From the NCBI GenBank assembly GCA_963805975.1, contig CAWDVR010000003.1, positions 480,001-544,000 on the forward strand: a DNA stretch of 64,000 nt, read 5' to 3'. Position numbers and translations under genes: made by a program. Positions within the stretch are counted from its first letter, which is position 1. The number at the start of each line of letters is the position of its first letter. The notes beneath the pieces are model-generated. The model made no database searches. It saw nothing but the letters and a program-made list of their open reading frames with translations, and was not told where the DNA came from. Below are positions 18,144 to 28,234 of this stretch, piece after piece. The DNA is from an uncultured Acidobacteriota bacterium. Its GTDB lineage: Bacteria; Acidobacteriota; Thermoanaerobaculia; Multivoradales; SZUA-115.

Positions 18144-19359
18144 GCCTGCGCGCGGGTCTCGCAGCGCTCGCGGCGCTCCTGGCGGTGGCCGCGGCGGCGT
18201 TCCTGCTTTTCGAGCGGCAGCTCGCCGGCGCCTGGTTCGCCTTCGGCGTCCATCCGGACGTGGTCGCCGCGCTCGAGAAGAGCGTCGAGGACCAGAAGAA
18301 GCTCAGCCGCCTCGACCCCGGCCACGAGGCGGCCTACCGCGAGAGCTTCGTCGAGATCGACACGCTCCGGAAGCGCCTGCGCGTGGTGGAGCACAACCGG
18401 CGCGCCATCGTGCGCCGCTTCGCGCTGGTGCTCTTCGCCGCCTTCGGCGCGGTGGTGGCCGCGGCGGCGGTGGCCTATGCGGCGCAGAAGAACCGCGAGC
18501 GCCGGCGGCTCGAGCGCCTGCGGACCGCGCTCGAAGAGCTCTGCGCCGGCCGCCCGGACATCCGCCTGGGCGAGGCGCGGCGCGACGCCATCGGCCGGGT
18601 GGCGGCGATGATCGAGAGCACCTCGCGGCTGATGGCCGCGCACCGCCGGCGGCTCTCGGCGTTAGAGAACCTCTCGGCCTGGCAGGAGGCGGCCCGCCGC
18701 CACGCCCACGAGATGCGCACGCCGCTTACCGCGGCGCGGCTGGAGGTGGAGCGCCTATCGCAGGTGGCGGGCGAGCTCGGGGTGCGCGGCGAGCCGGTCG
18801 GGGAAGTGGCCGGCAGCCTGGCGCACGAGCTGGACCGGCTGGCGGTCTTCACCCGCCGTTTCACCAGCTTCGCCCGTCTGCCGCAGCCCCGCCCCGTGCG
18901 CCAGGACCTGGGCGCTCTCGCCCGCGAGCTGGTCACCACCTTTGGCGAGGCCTGGCCCAACCTCAAGCTCGAGCTGGTGCCGAGCGCCGCCGGCGAGACC
19001 TTCCCGGTGGAGGTCGATCGCGAGATGCTCCGCCAGGTGCTGGTCAACCTCTGCGACAACAGCGCTCTCGCCGTGGGCGAGCGCGGCGGTACGGTGCGGC
19101 TGGCGCTCGGTGACACGGCGGAGGGCGTCTCTCTCACCGTGGCCGACGACGGCCCCGGCGTAGTACCCGAGATCCGCCGCCGGCTGTTCGAGCCCTACGC
19201 CACCACACGCAAGGTGGGCGAGGGCATGGGGCTGGGGCTCGCCATCGCCAAGAAGGTCCTGCTCGACCACGGCGGCGACCTCGAGCTGGTCGAGACCTCC
19301 GAGCGCGGCACCATCTTCCGCCTGCTCTTCCCGCGTCCCGACGTTTCGAGAGGAGAGCC

Positions 19360-19363
<4 letters not shown>
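18140..19363 (+). CDS. Membrane sensor histidine kinase (NtrY-like)
   Basis: TTG overlapping the upstream stop; 2 TM; H-box AARRHAHEMRTPL; NLCDN, DDGPG, GMGLGL. Confidence 0.9.
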
Positions 19364-20727
<1,364 letters not shown>

Positions 20728-20752
20728 GGGGCGTCGTAGCCCCTCCGCCGAA

Positions 20753-20776
20753 GGGGCGACCGTCGGTCGCCCCTAC
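20753..20776 (-). repeat. GTAG-family REP palindrome
   Basis: Minus strand GTAGGGGCGACCGACGGTCGCCCC. Confidence 0.7.
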
Positions 20777-20786
20777 AAGTCCGGTT

Positions 20787-20825
20787 CCCTCTCCCGCTCG
20801 CGGGGAGAGGGTTAGGGTGAGGGGC
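20787..20825 (+). repeat. CCCTCTCCC-family palindromic repeat
   Basis: ccctctcccgctcgcggggagagggttagggtgaggggc. Confidence 0.8.
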
Positions 20826-20845
20826 GCTGCTATCGTCCGCTCCCT

Positions 20846-22198
20846 ATGAACACGACAGCTCACGTCGAAGACCTCGGCACCCTCCTGCCCCTGGGGTCGG
20901 CGCTGCCCTTCCTTGCTCTCCTCGCCGCCATCGCCATCCTGCCGCTCGCCGCGCCGCACTGGTGGGAGAGCAACCGCAACCGCGCCCGGGTCGCCTTCGG
21001 CCTGGCCCTGCCGTTCGCCGCCTGGATGCTCTTCACCTACGGCCGGGCGGCGCTCCCTCATCTCGAGCACTCGCTCCTGGACTACCTGTCGTTCATCGCT
21101 CTCCTGGGCGCGCTGTTCGTCATCTCGGGCGGCATCCATGTGCGCGGCTCGCTCGCCGGCACGCCGCTCTCGAACACCGCGCTCTTGGCGATCGGCGCCG
21201 TCGCCGCCAACCTGATCGGCACCACGGGCGCCTCGATGGTGCTGATCCGGCCGCTCCTGGCCGCCAACGAGGAGCGCCGGCGCAAGACCCACCTGGTGGT
21301 GTTCTTCATCTTCGTGGTCTCGAACTGCGGCGGGCTGCTGACGCCGCTCGGCGACCCGCCGCTCTACCTTGGCTTCCTCAAGGGCGTGCCTTTCGGCTGG
21401 ACGCTCTCGCTGTGGAAGGAGTGGCTGCTGGTCAACGTGCTCCTCCTCCTGGTTTTCAACCTAGTCGATCAGTACGTGCTGGACCAGGAGGAGAAAGAGG
21501 AGCCGGGCTCGCTCCTCGAAGAGGTGATCGAGCACCGGCCCTTCGTCATCGAGGGCTGGCACAACCTCTTCTTCCTGGCGGGCGTGGTGCTCGCGATCCT
21601 CGGCCGAGGCTATGGCTGGGGCACGGCCGGCGAGCCCTGGCCGTTCGGTGTGCAGGAAGCGCTGATGGCCGTGCTCGCGGGCCTCGCCTACGCGACCACC
21701 CGCCAGGCGATTCGCCAGGCGAACCGCTTCTCCTGGGGGCCGATCGTCGAGGTGGCGGTGCTCTTCGCCGGCATCTTCGTCACCATGACGGCGCCGCTCC
21801 TGATGCTCAACGCGCGCGGCGCGGGCCTGGGGCTGACCCAGGCCTGGCAGTACTTCTGGGCCACGGGACTGCTCTCGAGCTTCCTGGACAATGCGCCGAC
21901 GTACCTCTCGCTCGCCGCGGTGGCGGCCGGCCAGTACGGGATCGGCGCGGAAGGGCCGCGCTATCTCGCGGAGCTTCTGGGCAAGGGTGGGGAGAGCGAG
22001 GCGATCCTCGCCGCCATCTCCTGCGGCGCGGTGATGATGGGCGCCAACACCTACATCGGCAATGGGCCGAACTTCATGGTCAAGGCGATCGCCGAGCAGG
22101 ACGGCGTCAAGATGCCGTCTTTCTTCGGCTACATGGCGTGGTCAGTTGTGGTGCTGATCCCGATCTTCGGGGTGGTGACGTGGGTGTTTTTCGTGTAG
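20846..22198 (+). CDS. Putative sodium:proton antiporter (IT superfamily)
   Basis: Polytopic; GTTGASMVLIRP, GGLLTPLGDPPL, SSFLDNAPTY, MGANTYIGNGPNFMVK. Confidence 0.85.
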   Translation: MNTTAHVEDLGTLLPLGSALPFLALLAAIAILPLAAPHWWESNRNRARVAFGLALPFAAWMLFTYGRAALPHLEHSLLDYLSFIALLGALFVISGGIHVRGSLAGTPLSNTALLAIGAVAANLIGTTGASMVLIRPLLAANEERRRKTHLVVFFIFVVSNCGGLLTPLGDPPLYLGFLKGVPFGWTLSLWKEWLLVNVLLLLVFNLVDQYVLDQEEKEEPGSLLEEVIEHRPFVIEGWHNLFFLAGVVLAILGRGYGWGTAGEPWPFGVQEALMAVLAGLAYATTRQAIRQANRFSWGPIVEVAVLFAGIFVTMTAPLLMLNARGAGLGLTQAWQYFWATGLLSSFLDNAPTYLSLAAVAAGQYGIGAEGPRYLAELLGKGGESEAILAAISCGAVMMGANTYIGNGPNFMVKAIAEQDGVKMPSFFGYMAWSVVVLIPIFGVVTWVFFV

Positions 22199-22204
22199 CG
22201 AGCG

Positions 22205-22310
22205 CCCCCTCACCCCGGCCCTCTCCCCGCTCCGCGGGGCGAGGGAGTCAGAAGGAACCTTGGCTCCGGTCCCCTCTCCCCGCTTGCGGGGAGAGGGTTA
22301 GGGTGAGGGG
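22205..22310. repeat. Inverted doublet of CCCTCTCCC-family repeats between convergent genes
   Basis: ccccctcaccccggccctctccccgctccgcggggcgaggg ... cccctctccccgcttgcggggagagggttagggtgagggg. Confidence 0.85.
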
Positions 22311-22328
22311 TCTCGAGCGGAGCGGACC

Positions 22329-22934
22329 CTACTTCGCGGCGGGGGCCGGCTCCTGCTTGCCGGTCTCCAGGCTGATCGAGATCTTGACATCGTCGCCCAG
22401 GATCACACCGCCCTGGTCCACGGCGCGGTTCCACGAGATGCCGTAGTCCTTGCGGTTGAGGGTGGCCGAGGTCTCGAACCCGGCCACCGTGTTGCCGCGC
22501 ATGCCCTTGCCTTCGCCGAGGAAGGTCACCGGCAGGGTGATCTCCTTGGTGACGCCGTGCATCGTGAAATCGCCCGTGACGTCGTAGGTGCTCTCGCCCG
22601 TCTTCTTGATCTTCTTGGACTTGAAGGTGATCTTGGGGAACTTCGCGACGTCGAAGAAGTCCTCGCCGCGCAGGTGGTTGTCGCGGTCGGCGACGCCGGT
22701 GTTGATCGAGGTGGCCACGATCTCGAAGTTCACCGACGAGGCCTCCAGGTTCGCCTTGTCGAGGTCGATCGTGCCGGAGAAGTCGTCGAAGCGGCCGGCC
22801 GTGTTGCTCACCAGGTGGCGGATCCGGAAGCTCACTTCCGAGTGGCCCTTGTCGATCACGAAGGTGTCGGCGGCGGCGGGCAGGGCCACCAGCAGAGCGA
22901 GAGCCAGAACCGTAAGAAATTTGCGCATCATCAT
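22329..22934 (-). CDS. yceI: YceI family periplasmic protein
   Basis: Signal peptide; HSEVSFRIRH, RDNHLRGEDFFDV, GDFTMHGVTKE. Confidence 0.92.
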   Translation of the reverse strand: MMMRKFLTVLALALLVALPAAADTFVIDKGHSEVSFRIRHLVSNTAGRFDDFSGTIDLDKANLEASSVNFEIVATSINTGVADRDNHLRGEDFFDVAKFPKITFKSKKIKKTGESTYDVTGDFTMHGVTKEITLPVTFLGEGKGMRGNTVAGFETSATLNRKDYGISWNRAVDQGGVILGDDVKISISLETGKQEPAPAAK

Positions 22935-22975
22935 GTTCTCCTTGGGTGCTTTGGGTTGGAGGGTCGGGTGTGGGG

Positions 22976-23476
22976 TCAGGAAGCGGCGCGCGCCGTACGT
23001 TCCGGCGCGGCGCGGATGGAGTCGAGGATCTCGATCAGGCGCTTCTTCTCCTCGCGCGAGAGCACGGCGAGAGAAGCTTCGACGACCGCCAGGAGAGGCT
23101 CGTCGAGGCTGGCCAGCAGCCGCATGCCGGCAGCGCTGATCCGGCACGTGACCTGGCGCCGGTCGCGCGGGCAGCGCTCGCGCGCCACCAGCTCCTTGGC
23201 CTCGAGCCGGTCGAGGAGGCGCGTGATGCCTGGCGTCTGCTCGACCATGCGGTGGGCGATCTCGAGCGTGGGAAGGCCGGCGTCGCCCGCACCGCGCAGG
23301 ATGCGCAGCACGTTGTACTGCTGCAGGGTGACGCTCTCCTCGCCGACCACCTCGCTCATCGAGCGCCGCAGCAGATCGGCGGTACGCATCAGGCCGATCA
23401 GCGCCTCCTCGCTCGGCGAGCGGAAGGGGCGGTTCTGCTTGAGCTCACGCTGGAGCGGGGTCGGAGCGCCGGGCAC
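22976..23476 (-). CDS. MarR family transcriptional regulator
   Basis: QQYNVLRILRG, ITRLLDRLEAKELV.R...DRR; GTG start chosen downstream of the operator. Confidence 0.9.
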   Translation of the reverse strand: MPGAPTPLQRELKQNRPFRSPSEEALIGLMRTADLLRRSMSEVVGEESVTLQQYNVLRILRGAGDAGLPTLEIAHRMVEQTPGITRLLDRLEAKELVARERCPRDRRQVTCRISAAGMRLLASLDEPLLAVVEASLAVLSREEKKRLIEILDSIRAAPERTARAAS

Positions 23477-23497
23477 GGGAGATCTTCTATCAGACAA

Positions 23498-23515
23498 TAG
23501 TTGACTCGTCAACTA
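23498..23515. promoter_or_regulatory. Perfect palindrome, probable MarR operator
   Basis: TAGTTGAC-TC-GTCAACTA overlapping a minus-strand TATTGT -10 upstream of marR-yceI. Confidence 0.8.
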
Positions 23516-23563
23516 ATTTCGGGCCAGACGGCAGGAGAGACGCGGCGCAGGGCGCGAGTGGGA

Positions 23564-23597
23564 GAAAGAAAGAGGGGCCGGAAGGCTGCCGGCCCCG
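23564..23597 (-). terminator. Intrinsic terminator after the HU-like gene
   Basis: GGGGCCGG-cagcctt-CCGGCCCC followed by TCTTTCTTTC on the minus strand. Confidence 0.7.
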
Positions 23598-23635
23598 CGT
23601 CGGGAATGCAGGTGCAGGCTAGAGGCGCGGGGCGC

Positions 23636-23974
23636 TCAGTCGGCCATCGTCTTGAGCGACTTCAGGGCCCGCACCTTGACGACGCGGCGCGCGGGCTTGG
23701 CGGCAAACATCATCTCTTTGCCGGTGAACGGGTTGGTGCCCTTGCGGGCCTTGGTGGCGGCCTTCTTGGTGACCGTGATCTTGGCGAGGCCGGGAAGCGT
23801 GCACACGCCGGCGCCGCGGCTCTTCAGATGGCGCCCGATGAGGTCGTTGAGCGAGGCGAAGACAGCGGCCACGTCCTTCTTGGAAAGGCCGGTGTCCTCG
23901 GAGATGGCGGCCATCATCTGCCCCTTGGTGTAGGGCTCGGCGATCGCGGTCTGCTTCTTGGTCTTGTCAGCCAT
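23636..23974 (-). CDS. HU family DNA-binding protein (HU-like subgroup)
   Basis: TKGQMMAAISEDTGLSKKDV...KARKGTNPFTGKEM...KPARRVVK; SD GGAGG. Confidence 0.9.
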   Translation of the reverse strand: MADKTKKQTAIAEPYTKGQMMAAISEDTGLSKKDVAAVFASLNDLIGRHLKSRGAGVCTLPGLAKITVTKKAATKARKGTNPFTGKEMMFAAKPARRVVKVRALKSLKTMAD

Positions 23975-24151
23975 GGTCTCCTCCGTGGAACGTTTGCCGG
24001 CAGTCGGGCGCGACTGCCCAGAAAAAAGGGTTTACAGTTCCTAGGCTTCGGCAGTTCTGTGGAGCTGGGTTTCGGTTTGCACGGTAGTGCACGGGGCGAT
24101 CGATAGCGGCGGAGGATAGTAGAGAACAACGCGAAAGTCCAGGAAAAAACC

Positions 24152-25735
24152 TCAGCGCCAGGAGACGTCGCGCACGCTGGTCAGCTCACCGCCCAGGTAG
24201 TTGCGGTAGCCGGTGAGCGGCGCCGCCGCCACCGCTACGGTCTGGCGCAGGAAGAGGCTCACGTACGGCAGGTCGCGGGCCACGATCTCCTGCGCTTCGA
24301 GATAGAGCGGCCGGCGCGCCTCGCGGTCGGTGAGGCCGGCCGCGAGGTCGATCAGGCGGTCGAGCTCGGGGTTTTTGTAGCGGCCGCGGTTCTGCCCCGC
24401 GGGCGGCACGCTCGCCGAGTGCAGCACGAAGCGGTAGATGTTGGGGTCCGTGACCCCGGTGCGCACCAGGCTGAAGAGCTGGAAGTTGCCGCGCCGCACG
24501 TCGTCGTAGAAGGTCGCGAACTCGTAGGAGCGGATGTCGAGGCGGATGCCCGCCTCGGCCGCCATCGCCTGCAGAACCTGCGCCTGGAGCACCGCCATCT
24601 CGCTGTTCGAGGTCTTGTAGGAGAGCTCCAGGCGCGGCGCCGGCCCGTCCCCGTCCGGGTCGTGGTAGCCGGCCTCTTCGAGGAGCGCCGCGGCCAGTGC
24701 CGGGTCGTGGGGGATCGCCGGCAGCGCCTCGTGGCGCGCCCAGAGGCCGGGGGGCAGCATGGTCTCGGTGGTGACGCCCAGGCCGCGCCACAGGGTGTCC
24801 ACCAGGAGCTGGCGGTCGAGAGACAGGGCGAGGGCCCGGCGCACCCGCGGGTCGGAAGTGACCGGGTCCTCGAGGTTGAAGCCGAGATAGGCGTAGTTGG
24901 CGCCCGGGCTCTCGACGACCTGGAACGCCGGGCTGGCGCGGAAGCGCGGCACGAGGTCCGGCGGCAGGTCGTTGATCACCAGTTGCACCGAGCCCTTCAT
25001 CAGCTCGAGCGCGCGCACCGTGGCGTCGGGCACCACCTTGAGCTCCACCCGGTCGAGAGCCGGCCGGCCGCGGAAATAGCCGTCGAAGGCCGCCAGCGCC
25101 AGCGACTCGGGCCCGCGCCCGACGAGGCGGAACGGCCCGGCGCCGACCGGGGCGCGGTTCATCTGCGCCGGCGTGGTGCCCGCGGGCACGATGCCGAGCG
25201 CCTGGGTGAGCTCGGCGAGGAGCGAGCCGAACGGCCGCGCGAGCACCAGGTCCACGGTCGCGGCGTCGACCGCCTGCACGCGCTCGACGACCTGGAGGGC
25301 GCTCGCCTTGGGCGAGGCCACGCTGCCGTCGAGCACGCTCCCCAGAGTCCAGGCCACGTCGGCGGCGGTGAGTGGCCGGCCGTCGTGGAAGACGACGCCC
25401 GGGCGCAGGTGGAAGCGATAGCGCAGCCCTTCGTCGAGCACCTCCCAGGACTCGGCGAGGCTGGGGACGAGGTCGCCCTGCTCGTCGCGCTCGACGAGGC
25501 CGGCATGGAGCAGATCGAAAGCGCGGTCCGAGGACTGGTCCGTGCCCAGGCGCGGGTCGAGGTTGGCCGGCGCGCTCTCGAGCGCGATCACCAGGCGGTT
25601 GTCGACCGGCCACTCCGGCTGGCGGTGCGGCCCGCAGGCGGAGAGAAGCAGGGCTGTGGCGAAGAAGAGGACGACAGGAAGCGAGCGCAGACGGCCGGTA
25701 CGAGCCAGGCCCCTACGGCCGGAAGTCTTCTTCAT
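24152..25735 (-). CDS. ABC transporter peptide-binding lipoprotein (SBP family 5)
   Basis: Lipobox LSAC; NLDPR, LAESWE, FHDGRPLTAADV, PVGAGPF. Confidence 0.9.
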   Translation of the reverse strand: MKKTSGRRGLARTGRLRSLPVVLFFATALLLSACGPHRQPEWPVDNRLVIALESAPANLDPRLGTDQSSDRAFDLLHAGLVERDEQGDLVPSLAESWEVLDEGLRYRFHLRPGVVFHDGRPLTAADVAWTLGSVLDGSVASPKASALQVVERVQAVDAATVDLVLARPFGSLLAELTQALGIVPAGTTPAQMNRAPVGAGPFRLVGRGPESLALAAFDGYFRGRPALDRVELKVVPDATVRALELMKGSVQLVINDLPPDLVPRFRASPAFQVVESPGANYAYLGFNLEDPVTSDPRVRRALALSLDRQLLVDTLWRGLGVTTETMLPPGLWARHEALPAIPHDPALAAALLEEAGYHDPDGDGPAPRLELSYKTSNSEMAVLQAQVLQAMAAEAGIRLDIRSYEFATFYDDVRRGNFQLFSLVRTGVTDPNIYRFVLHSASVPPAGQNRGRYKNPELDRLIDLAAGLTDREARRPLYLEAQEIVARDLPYVSLFLRQTVAVAAAPLTGYRNYLGGELTSVRDVSWR

Positions 25736-25863
25736 GGGTCCGTGCAGTCTACCTCCGGCCGTAGCGGCCGGACCTGTGCCGGCCGTTCGGTGCCGGCCGT
25801 CTTCGCTCGCGGTCGACGCAGACGGCCGGTACGAGCCCGGCCGCTACGTCCGGAGGTACACTT
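25686..25863. repeat. Three copies of a ~45-bp GTAG-REP unit (two direct, one inverted)
   Basis: 25686-25732 and 25817-25863 match at 40/47 nt; 25746-25786 is an inverted copy; core GTAGCGGCCGG-N8-CCGGCCGTC. Confidence 0.85.
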
Positions 25864-25868
25864 TCGTC

Positions 25869-27035
25869 ATGCGGCGCGCCGTCCTCGCTGCCTGTGTCCT
25901 CCTGGCGGCCTCCACCTCTCTCACTCTTTCGCTCCAGGGCCAACCTGCCTCGCCCGCGCCGCAAGCCTCCGAGCTCGCCGCCCTCCGCGCCGAGATCTCC
26001 GCTCTCGAAGCACGTCTCAAGACCCTGTCCGCACGGCAGAGCGACCTGCGCGGCGAGCTGGCGCGGCTCGACCTCGAGCTGGCGTTGCAGCAGAAGCGCA
26101 GCGCCGAGGCGGCGGTGGCGCGGCGCCTCGCGATCGCCAGAGTGGAGACCGCGGAACTGGCCGTGAACCGCCTCGCGGGCGACCTCGGCCAGGCGCGCGC
26201 CGACCTCTCTCGCCGCCTCGCCGGGCTCTACCGGCTGGGGCGACAAGGGTACGTGCGCCTGCTGCTGGCGGCCGAGCCCGGCTCCGACGTGCTCTCCGCG
26301 GTGCGCTGGATCCGCTACCTGGCACGTCGCGACCGTGCCGCCATCGGCCGCTACGAGCAGGTCCACACCGAGCTCGCGCGGCAGCGCGACGAGCTGGTGG
26401 CGCACCGCGCCGAGGCCGACTCGTGGGCGGAGCAGGAGCGCCGCCGCGGCCGCGAGCTGGCGGAGGGGCGGCGCCGGCATGGCGATCTCCTGGCGGCGGC
26501 CGAGCGCGAGCGGCTGTCGGTGGCCTCGCGCGCCGTCGAGCTGGCGGGCCGGGAGCAGCGGCTGGCGGAGCTCGCCGACGAGCTCTACGACGCCTCCGCG
26601 GCGCCGCTCACCGGCGCGCCCCTCTCCGGAGGCCCCCTCTCGGGCGCCCGTATCCAGGACTTCCGCGGTGCGCTCGCCTGGCCGGCCTCCGGCCGCGTGA
26701 GCGCCGGCTTCGGGCCGCGCATCGACCCGCGCTACAACACCCGCGTGCCCCACCATGGCATCGACCTCGAGACCGAGCCCGGTGCCATTGTCCAGGCCGT
26801 CTATCCCGGCAAGGTGGTGTTCGCCGCCGAGTTCAAGGGCTATGGGCCGACCGCGATCGTCCATCACGCCGGGCGCGTGTTCACGCTCTACGCGGGTCTC
26901 GGAAGCCTGCGGGTGAAGCGGGGCGATGTGCTATCTTTGGGCCAGTCCATCGGGGCGGCGTCAGAGCGCCTCTACTTCGAGATCCGGATCGAAAACCAGC
27001 CCGAAGATCCCACTCCATGGCTCGCCCCGCGATGA
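25869..27035 (+). CDS. envC: Murein hydrolase activator EnvC family (coiled coil + degenerate M23)
   Basis: Signal peptide, long coiled coil; LAWPASGRV, HHGIDL, GYGPTAIVHH, LYFEIR. Confidence 0.85.
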   Translation: MRRAVLAACVLLAASTSLTLSLQGQPASPAPQASELAALRAEISALEARLKTLSARQSDLRGELARLDLELALQQKRSAEAAVARRLAIARVETAELAVNRLAGDLGQARADLSRRLAGLYRLGRQGYVRLLLAAEPGSDVLSAVRWIRYLARRDRAAIGRYEQVHTELARQRDELVAHRAEADSWAEQERRRGRELAEGRRRHGDLLAAAERERLSVASRAVELAGREQRLAELADELYDASAAPLTGAPLSGGPLSGARIQDFRGALAWPASGRVSAGFGPRIDPRYNTRVPHHGIDLETEPGAIVQAVYPGKVVFAAEFKGYGPTAIVHHAGRVFTLYAGLGSLRVKRGDVLSLGQSIGAASERLYFEIRIENQPEDPTPWLAPR

Positions 27036-28204
27036 CTCGAAACCGCCTGTTCTTCCTCTTCCTCTCCGTCCTCGTCGTCCTGCCGCTGATCGCCGGCACG
27101 CTGCTCGCCGCGAACGGCAAGGAGATCGACGACGGCGACTCCTTCTTCAAGTACCTCACCGTCTTCACCGAAGTCCTCACCCGGGTCCGCGAGAACTACG
27201 TGGACCCGCCGGACGCCGAGATGCTGCTCGCCGGCGCGCTCGACGGCACTACGGACGCGCTCGATCCCTTCTCGGTCTACGTGCCGGCCGAGGCCGTGGG
27301 CTCGTTCCTCGCGACGCGCCAGGTGGGGACCTCGCACAGCGGCCTCTTCCTGCTCAAGGAGCACGGCGTGCTCTACGTGGCGGGCGTGGCGCCTGGGAGC
27401 CCGGCTGACACCGCGGGCTTCGAGCTGGGGGACCTGGTGGCGGAGATCGGCACCGAGCTCACCCGCGTCATGCCCCTGTGGCGGGCGCAGCAGATCCTCG
27501 CCGGGCCCGCCGGCACCAAGGCCGACGTGAAGGTGATCCGCCTCGGCGAAGTGATGCACCTGACGCTGACGCTGGCGCCGTTCACGCCGGCGCCGCCGGC
27601 GGCCTCCGAGGCTCGCGGCATCTCCGTGATCAAGCTCGGTGGCTTCGACGCCGCGACGGTCCCCGGCATGGAGACCGCGCTCGCCGCCGCGGCCCGCGCC
27701 GGGCGCGACAAGCTGGTGCTCGACCTGCGGGGCATGGCCGGCGGCGACGCCGAGGTGGCGGTCGGCGTGGCGGGGCTCTTCGCCGGCGGCGAGATCGGCT
27801 CGCTGCAACGCCGTGGCTCGGCGATCGAGACCTTCCGCGGCCGAGACAAGAGCGCCTGGCAGGGCAAGGTGGCGGTGCTCACCGACCGCGGCACGCTGGG
27901 CGCTGCCGAGCTTCTCGCCACCGTCCTGCGCCAACGGATCGGCGCGCAGCTCGTGGGCGAGCGCACCTTCGGCTACAGCGGGCGGCAGGAGCTGGCCGAG
28001 CTTTCCTCCGGCGGGCGCCTGCTCTACACGGACGCCTTCTACGCCGGGCCGGACGGCAAGCCGCTCTCCGAGAGCCTGGTTCCCGACGTGCGCGTCGACG
28101 ACTTCCCGTTCGGGGAGAAGGGTGAGGGCGAGGGCCAGGACCTGACGCTCGAGCGCGCCTTCGGCCTGCTGACGGGCGAGGCGCCGGTGAAGAAGGCGGC
28201 GTAG
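27032..28204 (+). CDS. S41/CtpA-like PDZ protease homolog lacking catalytic Ser and Lys
   Basis: ENYVD, LDPFSVY, PDZ APGSPADTAG, DLRG..GG; TLGAAE and TFGYS in place of SASASE and TFGKG. Confidence 0.85.
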   Translation: MTRNRLFFLFLSVLVVLPLIAGTLLAANGKEIDDGDSFFKYLTVFTEVLTRVRENYVDPPDAEMLLAGALDGTTDALDPFSVYVPAEAVGSFLATRQVGTSHSGLFLLKEHGVLYVAGVAPGSPADTAGFELGDLVAEIGTELTRVMPLWRAQQILAGPAGTKADVKVIRLGEVMHLTLTLAPFTPAPPAASEARGISVIKLGGFDAATVPGMETALAAAARAGRDKLVLDLRGMAGGDAEVAVGVAGLFAGGEIGSLQRRGSAIETFRGRDKSAWQGKVAVLTDRGTLGAAELLATVLRQRIGAQLVGERTFGYSGRQELAELSSGGRLLYTDAFYAGPDGKPLSESLVPDVRVDDFPFGEKGEGEGQDLTLERAFGLLTGEAPVKKAA

Positions 28205-28234
28205 CACTCCCGCCTCTTCGCTCTCTCTGCACAC

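Noticed and set aside
25686-25863. Possible mini CRISPR array
   Set aside because: Copies are in mixed orientation and diverged, have GTAG-REP structure, and no cas genes are present
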